NCBI GenBank assembly: GCA_965261735.1
Contig: OZ253470.1
Location: 608,001 to 672,000 of the forward strand
DNA: 64,000 bases
Direction of reading: 5' to 3'
Source of the DNA: Alphaproteobacteria bacterium
GTDB taxonomy: Bacteria > Pseudomonadota > Alphaproteobacteria > SHVV01
Position 1 is the first letter of the stretch, and the number at the start of each line of letters is the position of its first letter. Positions 10,028 through 20,117 of this stretch are shown here, piece by piece. Both the position numbers and the translations under genes were made by a program. The notes under the pieces are model-generated. The model was not told the origin of the DNA. It did not search any database and was given only the letters and a program-made list of their open reading frames with translations.

Positions 10028-13000
10028 TTACCAGCGGATGACGCCGCGGAGCGCGATGCCGTGCTCGGCGTCGTCGTTGGCGGCCTCGCTGCGGGTGCCT
10101 TCGAGGTTGATCTCGAAGCCGGGATCGCCGCGCCGCGCCGAGGTCAGGCGCCAGCCGAGCCGGTAGTCGCGCCCGGTCTCCGTGAGCCCGACGCCGAGAT
10201 GCGGCGTGCCGGTGAAGCCGCCGTCGAACATCGCGATGCCGTAGCCCAGCTCCGCCTCCAGACGGCCCGCGCTTGCGGTCGTGTCGCCGTTGTCGTTGGC
10301 GGCGAGGCCGGCCAGGGTCTCGCGGCCCAGCAGCGCCTCCATGCCGCCGGTCGGCGAGCCGCCCCAGGACTGGCGCAGCGTCAGCGCGAGCCCCCGGTCG
10401 GTCGACGGCCGCGGGTCCCAGGCGAGGGAGGCGCTCGCGCCCCATTCGCGGAAGCCCGGCGCCTCGTGCGCAACCAGCCCGCGCGCCTTCAGGTCGAGCG
10501 CGATACCCTGCTTCGGCGCCGCGAAGGCGAGCCCGCCGCCGAGGTCGACACCAAGGCCGGTCTCGGCGTCGCCGCCGTCCAGCCGCACGCCGATCTCGAA
10601 TGACGGCGTCAGCACCATCCCCGCGCCATCGCCGCCGGGCGCAAAGCGCCGCGAGCCCTCGATCCCGGTGCGCACCAGCCACACGTCGGCGGTCGCCGCC
10701 GCGAGGTTGCCGCCCTTGGCGTCCTTCGTTGCCTCCGACGCGGTGCGGGTGAAGCGCGCATCGCCCTTCAGCGCCAGCGCCAGCCCGCCCTCCGGCGGTG
10801 GCGTCAGCACCTCGCCCCGCATCCCGGCCGCGCCCATGGCCATCGTGAGGTCGGCCGTGAAGGGACTCTCGCCCCCGGGCGTCAGCTTGAGCTCGCCCGC
10901 GCCATAGCCGGCCGCCGCCCAGGCCGAGAGCCGGTCGGTCAGCCTCAGCCCGGCATAGGGCCAGACACCGGTCAGCGTCGCCTCGACCTCGCCCGAGCAG
11001 CGGCTGGGCCCGCGGTAGCCGTCGGCGTTGGTGTCGGTGGCGGTTGGGTCGCAGTTTCCGCCCTCGCGGTAGCCGCCCGTGCCGCGGGCATGGCCGATCG
11101 CCAGCCCCGCCGTCCAGCGCTCTGCCGCCCAGTCCGCGCCCATCAGCCCCGTGGTGACCTCGCCGTCGAGCGTGAGGTCGCCCTCGCGGCCGTCGAAGCG
11201 CGAGATCGCGCCCCGGCCCCACAGCGCGGCATAGCCGCCGGCCTCGGCCGAGCCGCCGGTCAGCGCGAACGACGTCCCGGTCAGGAAGTCGCGCCCGGTC
11301 AGCGCCCGCGACTGCACGAGGTCCGCGCGTTCCGGACCCTCGCCCGGAGCACGCCATTCGCCATCGGCCCCGGCATGCGCCATCCAGTCCCGGATCGCCG
11401 TCATCGCCTCCCGGTCCGAAGCGTCGGCGTTGTCGTCGGCAGCCGCCTTCGCGGTGTCGTTGGCGCCGTCCCAGGACGGCAGCGCCTGGCCCGCCAGCGT
11501 CGCCCGCGCGCCCGCCGTGCGCGGTGCCGTGAGCCGCGCCTCCACCGCCTCCAGCACCTGGTCCGTCACCGTGCGCCCGAAGCGCGCCAGCCACGCCGCC
11601 GGTATCAGGTCCGTGTTCTCGATGGTGCCCGTCGCGACCCCGTCCGCGATCACCGCACCCGTCGCCGCCGAGAGCCGCAGCGTCAGCGTCTCCTCGCCCT
11701 CGTCATGGGCGTCGTCGAGCACCGGCACCGAGACCGTCTTCGCCGTCTCGCCCGCGGCGAAGGTCAGCGTCCCGCTCGTGGCCGTGTAGTCCGAGCCCGC
11801 CGTCGCGCTGCCGTCGGCCGTCGCATAGGCCACCGCCACCGGCGCGCGCGACGCCCGGCTCAAGGTCACCGCAAAGTCCAGCGTCGCGTCCGACGCCTCG
11901 CGCACCCGCGCATCCGCCACCGAGAGCGCCACCGGTCCCAGCACCGTCGTCGAGATCGTCGCCGACAGTGCCCGCCCGTCGCCGGTGCACACCGCCCCGG
12001 CGGTGCCGCAGGCGCGCCCGCCCGCGAGCGTCACCCTCACGTCGCCAAGCGAACCCGGCTTGACCGTCACCTCCCACAGGTCGTGGCGACCGTCCACCCG
12101 CTTCGCCTTCTTCACGCTCCCCCCGGACACCGACAACGCCTGGTCGCGGAACCTCCGGAAGCCGATCGAGATGTCCTCGCTGAACGCGATCCTGAGCTTG
12201 AACGCCGTCTTCCCGTCATGCTCATGGGGCGCCTCCACGAAGCTCGCCGTCAGCGGCACGACCACCGGTTCGACCGCGGGGCCGGCCACCGTCGCCGCCG
12301 GCGTGTTGGCGAGCTGCCGCCGGTCCCCGTCCCGGGTGCAGATCGCCCCGGAGACCGCGCACTCGCGCCCCGCCGCCAGCGTGACCGTCACATCGCCCTC
12401 GCCGTCGGGCTCGACCGTGATCCGCCACAGGTCGTGGCGCCGGTCCACCCGGCGCGCCCCGGTCACGGCGCCCCCGTCCACCGTGAACGCATCGTCGCGC
12501 ATCGACCGGAAGCCGATCCCGATCTCTTCGCTGAACGCCATCCGGAAGTGGAATTCTTCCTCGCCGTCATGCGCCTCAGGCAGGCCCTCGAATGCCGCCG
12601 TCAGCGGCACCGGGTCCGGACCCTCGACCGTCGTCGCGATCCCTTCCGACAGCGAACGCCCGTCCTCCGTGCAGATCGCCCCCGGCTCGTCGCACGGACG
12701 CCCCCCCTCGATCCGCATCGTCAGGTCGTCGTCCGAGCCCGGCTCGATCTCGAACTCCCACACGCGCTCGCCGTCTTCCTGTCCGCCACTCGAACGGCCC
12801 GCCGCACCTCCGCCCGGCCGGTTGTCCACCTGGCGCACCGACGTCACCCGGCCGCCCTCGACCTTCACTCCGTGCTCGCCGACATTCTCCGGGCTCTCCT
12901 CGATCGCCTCGCTGAACGCCACCCGAACCTTGACCCGGCCCGAGCCGTCGTGGTGCTCCGGCGGCGACACGAACCGCGCCTTCAGCGGATCGTCCGAGCG

Positions 13001-16000
13001 GCCGGCGCCGCTCTCCAGCACCAGCACCGTCGCCGTCGGCAGCGGGTAGGCCTCGAAGTCGTAGTTCGACTGCTCGTTGCCCTCCGAATCCGTCGTCGTG
13101 CCCGATGCGTCGTGGGCGAGCTCCGCCGTTCCGGACGCTGAGAACACGACGACCACCGTCACCGTCTGGCGCCGGAACCAGTTCTCCTTGGTAAACCGCA
13201 GCGCCGCCGGCGTCGCGACCACCCCGGCCGTGTCGGAACTCACCTCTATCGTCAACGGGTTGTCGGCGGTGATCCTGAAGTCTGGCGCCGCCATCAGGCG
13301 CACCGGATAGGTCACGCTGTCCCCCGCCGCGACCTCCAGGGTCACCTCGCCCTCGCCGCCCGCCACCTGGAGCTTATGGCGGCCCACCTGGTCTATTCGC
13401 AGATTCGTCAGATTCGGCAGCGCCTCGAACTCGTCGTAGGGCAACGAGCTCAGCGACGGGTTCTTCTGTAGTTCCAGTGTCTTCAGAGAGTGCAGGTCAG
13501 CGAACACCCCGGCCGGCAGCGAACGAAGCCGGTTCCTGTCCAGCTCCAGCGTTTCCAGCGCCGCCAGCCCGTCGAACACCCCGGCCGGCAGCGAGCGAAG
13601 CCTGGTGTCCCTCAAGGACAGCCGCTCGAGGTTCACCAGCCCCTCGAAGTCGCCGCTCCGCAGGCTGATCGTGAACGCCGAATCCGTGCTCGGGTTGCGG
13701 CCCAGGTCGAGCGACTTCAGTTGCGCCAGATGCGTCTCGTTCACGTCGCCGCAGCGGCCCTCGAAGCTATGCCGGTGCTTCAGCAGCTCCAGGATGCGGC
13801 CGCGGACGTACACCGTGCGGTTGCAGATGCTGCTGATGCTGACCAGGTCGTTGTCGAGAATGGTCAGGGTCACGTCGCCGGGGTCCGTCACGCCCTCGAT
13901 GGACGCCGAGCCGGACACCGTCACCACCTGGTTCGACTCGGGGTCGCCGTCGTCGACCGGCGCGATCGTCACCGTCCCGCTGCTCGCGGTCGCGTTCGCG
14001 GCGAAGCGCAGCGCCCGGTTCGTACTCAGCTCGAAGTCGTCGTCCGTCGCCGGGGCCACCGGACTCGCCGACACCGTCACCGTGAAGGCGGTCGCCGAGG
14101 CCGGCGACACCGTCGCCGTCACCGTGACGGCGCCCGCGTCCTCCTCGACCTCGCCGTCCGCGTCGCCCAGATGCAGCGTCACCTCCGGCGGCTCGTCCGG
14201 CTCGACCGCGGACAGCGAGCCGTCCACCTTGTGGCCGGACTGCTGGCCGAGCGCGGCATGGGTGAGGTCCGCCTCCACGTCCGTGGTCTCGCGCGTGATC
14301 GTGCCGTTCTGGGGGTCCCCGTTGCGGTTGCCGACCAGCGTCCGGTCCTGGTCCCCGATCCAGATGCCGTTGTCGTCCTCGTCGGCGGCCAGCACGGTGT
14401 AGCCGAACACCAGCGTCGCCGTGCCCGACCCGCGCACCAGCGGCGCGCGCTTGCGGCCGGCCACGGACAGCACGAAGTCCGTGCCGGTCGTGGCGGTCAC
14501 CGCCTCGCTGAACGTCACCGAGACCTCGATCGTCTCGCCCGCCCCGTAGGTGTCCGTCGCCGCCGCCGGGGTGGAGGTCACCGCCACATCGTCGATCGTC
14601 GGCGCCGTGGCCGCCGTGGCCCGCGTCACCGTCACCGTGTAGGTCTCGGTGGTGATGGTGTCCGCAGCCGTCACCTTCACCTTGATGACGTTCTCGCCCT
14701 CAGCCAGCGTCACCTGGTGGCCGTTCACCCCGGTGTCCGCATCGTCGAGCGTCGCGTCGTCCCCGTCCAGATAGTCGATCATCGCGCCGGTGTCGTTCTT
14801 CGTCGCCGTCACCGTCACCTCGGTGACGGTGCTCGCCACCATCGCCGTGTAGGTGGTGGTGCCCGACACGAAGGTCACCAGGTCCGACCCGCCGCCGGTC
14901 ACCGTCAGCCCGCTCAGCGTCGCGTCCGACGACTGGGTCCCGGTGACGGTGGCGTCGTCGGGGTCGGAGGGCTCCGACGTGCCCGCGGCGTTGATCGCCG
15001 ACACCCGGTAGTGCCGCGTGTCGCCGACCGCCAGCCCGGTATGCGAATAGCTCGTGTCGGCGGTGTCGGTGTCGGCGACGCGGTCGCTCCAGCTCCCCGC
15101 GCTGCCGTCCGTCGAGACCTCGATCCTGTAGCCGGTCACCGCGCGCCCGCCGTCCGATGCCGGCGCGGTCCAGGCGAGGTCGATCTGCGTGCCGCTCGCC
15201 GTCGCCCTCAGCCCGGTCGGCGTGCCCGGCGCGGTGGCCCGCACCAGGCGCACCTCGACCGTGTCGCCGTGCGACCAGCCGGGGTTATTGACGCCGTCGA
15301 GCCTCAGGGTAGGGAGCACGGGGTCGTCGATCTCGAAGGTAACCGGGCCGAGATGCAGGTTGAAAAACCCGGTGCCGAGACTGGTGTCTAGAAGGAACAC
15401 CATTGACGTGACGCTCCCCCGGTAATAGAGCCCATCAACCTTGACGGTGGTCCCGTCGCCGGGGTCGAAGGTGGTCGGGGTGAGCGCGCCGAATGGAGTG
15501 CCTTCAATCAGGGCACGGTAGCCAATTAAAGTGTTTAGCGCCTCCGCCGTCATCTCTGCGCTCCACAGGACGGTCCCGTGGATGGTGGCCGGCACGGCGT
15601 GGTGGGCGGCGGTCCCGGTGGTGGCGCTGTCGGGCGCCGAGGCGGGCGACGTGCCGTTCACGTTGATCGCCGAGACCCGGTAGTGCCGGGTGTCGCCGCT
15701 GGACAGCCCGGAGTGGCGGTAGTCGGTGTTCGTGGACTCGGTGTCGGCGACGCGGTTGCTCCAGCTCCCCGTGCTGCCGTCCGTCGAGACCTCGATCTTG
15801 TAGCCGGTGATGGCGGAGCCGCCATTGTTGTCGGGCGCGGTCCAGGCGAGGTCGATGGCGGTCGCGCCGAACGCGGTCGCCGTGAGCGCCGTGGGCGCGC
15901 CCGGGGCCGCCACCGCCGTGGAATTGTTCACCACCGCGGGAACGCCGTCCTCGCCGGTGGTGAAGGAGGCGGCGTCGTTTCCGGCGGCGTCCTGGATGGC

Positions 16001-19000
16001 GGACGCGTCGTCGCCGGAGGTCGGGTCGGTGTAGATAACGGTGACGGTCTGACCCTGGTATATGAGGCGATCCAAGCTTTGCAACTGGACCCGATCCGGA
16101 GTGGCGCTCGTGATCGCAACGCTGCCCACCACGATGGACGCGCCGTCGGCGCTGACCGAGAAGGCGCTCGCGGGTGGCCTCGCTGCCGCCGACGTGTCCA
16201 GGTTCTCGCTAAAATTCAGTACGATTTCGTCGCCGGCGATGGCCGCGGTCGCACTGCTGGGCGTCGGCGGGGTGATGTCCACCTCGGAGTTGTTGACGAC
16301 CGCCGCGACGCTCTTTTCTCCGGTGGTGAAGTTGGCGACCAGTTTATTGCTGGTGGACCCGATGGCTTCGCTGCCGGCGTCGGACCGGTCGTAGCTGACG
16401 ATGACCGCCAGATTTTCCACGATCGGGTCCGACATCGTGAGTGTCGCGGTAATCCCGGAAACGGCGAAGTCCGTGGTCTGGCTCTCCGTGCCGTCGACGG
16501 TCACGGTGAACGCGCCTCGAATCACGGACGAGAAGGCCGTCGGGAAATCAAGATCGGCGCTGAACGTCAGCACGACGGTGGCTCCGTCCGCCGGCACCGC
16601 CGCCGCGCTCAGCTTGGGCAGCGTGACCAGCGAGTTGTTAATAACGGAGACGTTGGAGAAGGAACTCGCGTCGACCCCGTCGATGTTCTGGATCGCGTTG
16701 ATGTCGTTGCCGGTGGTGGGGTCTCTGTACGCCAGCCTGACGGTCTCATTGTCCCCGATCAGGGGGGAGAGACCGCGCAGTTCTATGGAGTCGCTTGAGA
16801 CGTGGTGTACGCTGCCGACAGTCACGGGCGATCCGCCGGCGGTGACGGTAAACGCGCTGGTCGGCGGAAGCATGGTGCTGACGTCCTCGCTGAAAGACAT
16901 ATATAACCTGGCGCCGTCGTTGCGAACCTGAGCGGTCTCGCGCGTGGGCCGCGGCGTCGTCAGGCTGCCGTTCACCTTGTGGCCGGACTGCTCGCCGCGC
17001 TGGCTATGGGTGAGGTCCGCCGCCACGCCCGTGGCCACGCTCGTGATCGTGCCGTTCTGGGGATCCCCGTTGCGGTTGCCGACCAGCGTCCGGCTCTGGT
17101 CCCCGATCCAGATGCCGTCGTCGTCGCTGTCCCCGGCCAGCACGGTGTAGCCGAACACCAGCGTCGCCGTGCCCGACCCGCGCACCAGCGGCGCGCGCTT
17201 GGCCCCGGCGACGGACAGCACGAAGTCCGTGCCGGTCGTGGCGGTCACCGCCTCGCTGAAGGTCACCGTGACCTCGATCGTCTCGCCCTCCCCGTAGGTG
17301 TCCGTCGCCGCCCGCGGGGTGGAGGTCACCGCCACCTCGGTAATCGTGGCCTGCGCCACCGCCGAATTGTTGTCCACCGCGGGCACCCCGTCCTCGCCGG
17401 TGGTGAAGGAGGCGACGGGCAGGGCTTCCGCGTCGTTCGTTGTTAGGCCGACGCTGTCCACGGGCTTCGCGTAGCTGAGGACCACCGCCTGGCCCGTGGC
17501 GATCGGCGACGGGAGAAGGAACCCGATGCTCTGGTCGCCGCCCCCGAACTGGAGGTTGCCCACGCCGTGTCCGACCCCGTCGACCGTGAGCGAGAACAGA
17601 GCCGCGAACCCAAGCGGGTTGTTGATCTGCTTGTCGAACTCGATGTTGAGGACAGTGCCGGACGCGTTCACCGTCGCGCTCGTGACCGTGGCCGGCGCCA
17701 CCGTCGAATTGTTGTCGACCGCGGGCACCCCGCTCGCGCCGGTGGTGAAGTCGACGACCTCGTTGCCGTCGGCGTCGTCGAGGGCATTCGTGCCGGCGGC
17801 GGACCGGTCGTAGCTGACGACGACGGCCTGGTCCTTCGCGATCTTGGACGACAGGTTGATCTGCAGGCCGCTGCTGCCGTCCTTCGCGAGGCCCGAAATC
17901 TCCACCGTGTCGCCGTCGGCGGTGACCGAGAAGGCATCCTTGAGCGCCGCCGGGATGGTCGCCGGAAGGTCGAGGTCCTCGCCGAAAGCGAGTACGATGG
18001 CATCGCCGGACGACGTCACCGTCGCGCCGGTGAGCTCGGGCGGGCTGGTGTCCACCTCGGAGTTGTTGACGACCGCCGGGACGCTGTTTTCTCCGGTGGT
18101 GAAGTTGGCGACCAATATCTTCCTGCCGGTCCCGAGGGCTTCGCGGCCGGCGGCGGACCGGTCGTAGCTGACGATGACCGCCCGATTTTCCCCGATCGTG
18201 TCCGACATCGTGAGTGTCGCGGTGGCCCCGGAAACGGCGAAGTCCGTGGTCTGCCTCTCCGTGCCGCCGACGGTCACGGTTAACGCATTTCGAATCGCGG
18301 ACGAGTAGGCCGGCTGGAAAATAAGAAGAGTCCGGTCGAACGTCAGCGCGACGGTGGCTCCGTCCGCCGGCACCGCGGCCGCGCTCAGCGTGGGCACCGT
18401 GACCACCGAATCGTTAACAACGACGTTGGAGAAGGAACTCGCGTCGGTCCCGCCGGTGTCCTGGATCGCGTTGGTGTCATCGCCGGTGGTGGGGTCGGTG
18501 TACTCCAACGTGACGGTCTGACCCTGTGCGATCACGGGGGAGAAATCGGTCAGATCCAGGCCCCGGAGGTTTGTCTGCAAGCTTATGCTGCCGATAGTCA
18601 CGGGCGATCCGGCGGCGGTGAGGGTAAACGCGCTGGTCGGCGGCAAGATGTCGCTGAGATCCTCGTTGACAAATAACCAGAGCGTGTTGCCGTCTCCGCG
18701 AACATTAAAGGCCGTGGGCGTGGGCCGGCCGGTGATCGCCTTGAGGGAGAGGCTGACGTCGGTGCCGGCAGACCAGCTGAGGCCGGTATTGGCCCAACCA
18801 ACGGACCGGTCGGTCGACGAAACCGTCCCGTTCGCCCAAACGAACTCGTCGGTGCCTACGACCAGTGTGAGATCGCTCACGGCCTCCGGCGGGATTGTCT
18901 TGTTCAGGGCGATGTGAAGGTCGCGGGTGCTGCCGCCTCTTGGCTGGGTGAATATTTCGTCGATGGTGTAATCGATACCGTCATGGGTAAAGGTACGGTC

Positions 19001-19417
19001 GGACAACGAACCAGTCCCCGCGGGCTGGCTGTACCCTTGGAGATTGAGGCTAAAATTCTCCGTTGTCATGTCGGCCGACCAGATTTGGGTCGTGGTCTGG
19101 GCCTGCGCGGGCGGCGCGAGGGCGAGGCCGGCCACCAGCACGATTGCCGTGAGCCCGGCGGCGGCGAGGACGGCGCGCCGTCCTGAGCGGACAAGGCCGC
19201 GCAGCCGGCCGGCGGCGGAATAGGTCTCTGCGGAAGGACGGCCGCCCCGGCGGGGCGGCAGGCGGTCAGGCGGCGATGGCGGGTCGGCTTGCTCCCGCGC
19301 CCGAGGCGCAGTCATGCGCTCGGCGCTCGGCGCTCGGCGCTCGGCGCTCGGCGCTCGGCGCTCTATATTAAGGGTCGCACAGACAACTTCCAACCACTTC
19401 GCACAATTCGTACCCAT
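10028..19417 (-). CDS. Giant modular autotransporter-like adhesin (3129 aa)
   Basis: Extended signal peptide (..LALAPPAQA|Q), SwmB-like repeats, 2 FN3, cadherin-like sandwich, LRRs (LRSLPAGVFDGL), 3 Cys-containing repeats, Calx-beta, C-terminal beta-barrel-like region ending in W. Confidence 0.88.
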   Translation of the reverse strand: MGTNCAKWLEVVCATLNIERRAPSAERRAPSAERMTAPRAREQADPPSPPDRLPPRRGGRPSAETYSAAGRLRGLVRSGRRAVLAAAGLTAIVLVAGLALAPPAQAQTTTQIWSADMTTENFSLNLQGYSQPAGTGSLSDRTFTHDGIDYTIDEIFTQPRGGSTRDLHIALNKTIPPEAVSDLTLVVGTDEFVWANGTVSSTDRSVGWANTGLSWSAGTDVSLSLKAITGRPTPTAFNVRGDGNTLWLFVNEDLSDILPPTSAFTLTAAGSPVTIGSISLQTNLRGLDLTDFSPVIAQGQTVTLEYTDPTTGDDTNAIQDTGGTDASSFSNVVVNDSVVTVPTLSAAAVPADGATVALTFDRTLLIFQPAYSSAIRNALTVTVGGTERQTTDFAVSGATATLTMSDTIGENRAVIVSYDRSAAGREALGTGRKILVANFTTGENSVPAVVNNSEVDTSPPELTGATVTSSGDAIVLAFGEDLDLPATIPAALKDAFSVTADGDTVEISGLAKDGSSGLQINLSSKIAKDQAVVVSYDRSAAGTNALDDADGNEVVDFTTGASGVPAVDNNSTVAPATVTSATVNASGTVLNIEFDKQINNPLGFAALFSLTVDGVGHGVGNLQFGGGDQSIGFLLPSPIATGQAVVLSYAKPVDSVGLTTNDAEALPVASFTTGEDGVPAVDNNSAVAQATITEVAVTSTPRAATDTYGEGETIEVTVTFSEAVTATTGTDFVLSVAGAKRAPLVRGSGTATLVFGYTVLAGDSDDDGIWIGDQSRTLVGNRNGDPQNGTITSVATGVAADLTHSQRGEQSGHKVNGSLTTPRPTRETAQVRNDGARLYMSFSEDVSTMLPPTSAFTVTAGGSPVTVGSVHHVSSDSIELRGLSPLIGDNETVRLAYRDPTTGNDINAIQNIDGVDASSFSNVSVINNSLVTLPKLSAAAVPADGATVVLTFSADLDFPTAFSSVIRGAFTVTVDGTESQTTDFAVSGITATLTMSDPIVENLAVIVSYDRSDAGSEAIGSTSNKLVANFTTGEKSVAAVVNNSEVDITPPTPSSATAAIAGDEIVLNFSENLDTSAAARPPASAFSVSADGASIVVGSVAITSATPDRVQLQSLDRLIYQGQTVTVIYTDPTSGDDASAIQDAAGNDAASFTTGEDGVPAVVNNSTAVAAPGAPTALTATAFGATAIDLAWTAPDNNGGSAITGYKIEVSTDGSTGSWSNRVADTESTNTDYRHSGLSSGDTRHYRVSAINVNGTSPASAPDSATTGTAAHHAVPATIHGTVLWSAEMTAEALNTLIGYRALIEGTPFGALTPTTFDPGDGTTVKVDGLYYRGSVTSMVFLLDTSLGTGFFNLHLGPVTFEIDDPVLPTLRLDGVNNPGWSHGDTVEVRLVRATAPGTPTGLRATASGTQIDLAWTAPASDGGRAVTGYRIEVSTDGSAGSWSDRVADTDTADTSYSHTGLAVGDTRHYRVSAINAAGTSEPSDPDDATVTGTQSSDATLSGLTVTGGGSDLVTFVSGTTTYTAMVASTVTEVTVTATKNDTGAMIDYLDGDDATLDDADTGVNGHQVTLAEGENVIKVKVTAADTITTETYTVTVTRATAATAPTIDDVAVTSTPAAATDTYGAGETIEVSVTFSEAVTATTGTDFVLSVAGRKRAPLVRGSGTATLVFGYTVLAADEDDNGIWIGDQDRTLVGNRNGDPQNGTITRETTDVEADLTHAALGQQSGHKVDGSLSAVEPDEPPEVTLHLGDADGEVEEDAGAVTVTATVSPASATAFTVTVSASPVAPATDDDFELSTNRALRFAANATASSGTVTIAPVDDGDPESNQVVTVSGSASIEGVTDPGDVTLTILDNDLVSISSICNRTVYVRGRILELLKHRHSFEGRCGDVNETHLAQLKSLDLGRNPSTDSAFTISLRSGDFEGLVNLERLSLRDTRLRSLPAGVFDGLAALETLELDRNRLRSLPAGVFADLHSLKTLELQKNPSLSSLPYDEFEALPNLTNLRIDQVGRHKLQVAGGEGEVTLEVAAGDSVTYPVRLMAAPDFRITADNPLTIEVSSDTAGVVATPAALRFTKENWFRRQTVTVVVVFSASGTAELAHDASGTTTDSEGNEQSNYDFEAYPLPTATVLVLESGAGRSDDPLKARFVSPPEHHDGSGRVKVRVAFSEAIEESPENVGEHGVKVEGGRVTSVRQVDNRPGGGAAGRSSGGQEDGERVWEFEIEPGSDDDLTMRIEGGRPCDEPGAICTEDGRSLSEGIATTVEGPDPVPLTAAFEGLPEAHDGEEEFHFRMAFSEEIGIGFRSMRDDAFTVDGGAVTGARRVDRRHDLWRITVEPDGEGDVTVTLAAGRECAVSGAICTRDGDRRQLANTPAATVAGPAVEPVVVPLTASFVEAPHEHDGKTAFKLRIAFSEDISIGFRRFRDQALSVSGGSVKKAKRVDGRHDLWEVTVKPGSLGDVRVTLAGGRACGTAGAVCTGDGRALSATISTTVLGPVALSVADARVREASDATLDFAVTLSRASRAPVAVAYATADGSATAGSDYTATSGTLTFAAGETAKTVSVPVLDDAHDEGEETLTLRLSAATGAVIADGVATGTIENTDLIPAAWLARFGRTVTDQVLEAVEARLTAPRTAGARATLAGQALPSWDGANDTAKAAADDNADASDREAMTAIRDWMAHAGADGEWRAPGEGPERADLVQSRALTGRDFLTGTSFALTGGSAEAGGYAALWGRGAISRFDGREGDLTLDGEVTTGLMGADWAAERWTAGLAIGHARGTGGYREGGNCDPTATDTNADGYRGPSRCSGEVEATLTGVWPYAGLRLTDRLSAWAAAGYGAGELKLTPGGESPFTADLTMAMGAAGMRGEVLTPPPEGGLALALKGDARFTRTASEATKDAKGGNLAAATADVWLVRTGIEGSRRFAPGGDGAGMVLTPSFEIGVRLDGGDAETGLGVDLGGGLAFAAPKQGIALDLKARGLVAHEAPGFREWGASASLAWDPRPSTDRGLALTLRQSWGGSPTGGMEALLGRETLAGLAANDNGDTTASAGRLEAELGYGIAMFDGGFTGTPHLGVGLTETGRDYRLGWRLTSARRGDPGFEINLEGTRSEAANDDAEHGIALRGVIRW
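19317..19363. repeat. Heptamer tandem repeat (CGCTCGG)6 + CGCTC in the adhesin 5' region
   Basis: Read directly; encodes ERRAPSAERRAPSAER on the minus strand. Confidence 0.97.
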
Positions 19418-19489
19418 TGCCGCGCCGCTCCCGGTTCGCGCCTCGTAACGTCAGCCGGTTCCATGGCACACCGCTGACAGGAACGAATC

Positions 19490-19680
19490 ATATCGGGCTT
19501 TCAAGCGATTGCAAGTATTGATGTTTTAGTCTATTGAATAAAAATATTTATATCAATGAACTCTCCCACTTTCCGCTTGGAAACCCCTTCGATCCTTACT
19601 CACAGGGGCAAACCGGCACTTCGGCGTCACTGTCCCGGAGGTCTTTTGAGAAAATTGTATTTGTGCAATTACGAAGTATC
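19490..19680. promoter_or_regulatory. AT-rich divergent promoter region between adhesin and LysR genes
   Basis: Sharp GC drop; inverted repeat ATTGA-N15-TCAAT at 19533-19557. Confidence 0.55.
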
Positions 19681-19723
19681 TGTTTGTCTGCCTCCAGTCC
19701 CACCGTTTCCCGCGCCCGAATCC

Positions 19724-20011
19724 GTGATATCCCTGCCGCCCCTCGACTGCCTGCGCTTCTTCGAAGCCGCCGCCCGGCACCGGAGCTTCGTCCGCGCCGC
19801 CGAGGAGCTCGGCGTCACCCCGCCCGCCGTCGCCCACCGCATCCGCATGCTGGAGAGCCATCTCGGCGCCGAGCTCTTCGGACGGAGGCGCCGCGGCGTG
19901 TACATCAACCGCAGGGGTCGCGCGTATTACGAGGAGGTCCGGCGCATCCTCCTCGACATCCACGAGACCACCGAGCTTCACGGCGACGGCAGGCGGTTCC
20001 GCGGCCGTTAG
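19724..20011 (+). CDS. HTH-only LysR-family protein (95 aa)
   Basis: LPPLDCLRFFEAAARHRSFVRAAEELGVTPPAVAHRIRMLE, then a stop shortly after the linker helix. Confidence 0.8.
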   Translation: MISLPPLDCLRFFEAAARHRSFVRAAEELGVTPPAVAHRIRMLESHLGAELFGRRRRGVYINRRGRAYYEEVRRILLDIHETTELHGDGRRFRGR

Positions 20012-20117
20012 GGCCGGGGTTTCGCCGCTCCGCCGCGGCGCCCCGGCTTGCCTGCGACGCGCGGATGTGAGATGACATAATCACGTTTTACCAACGGGCT
20101 CCCTCCGGACCGTCGCC

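Noticed and set aside
19317-19363. Possible CRISPR array
   Set aside because: Pure 7-bp tandem repeat without spacers; no cas genes or repeat-spacer arrays seen in the window
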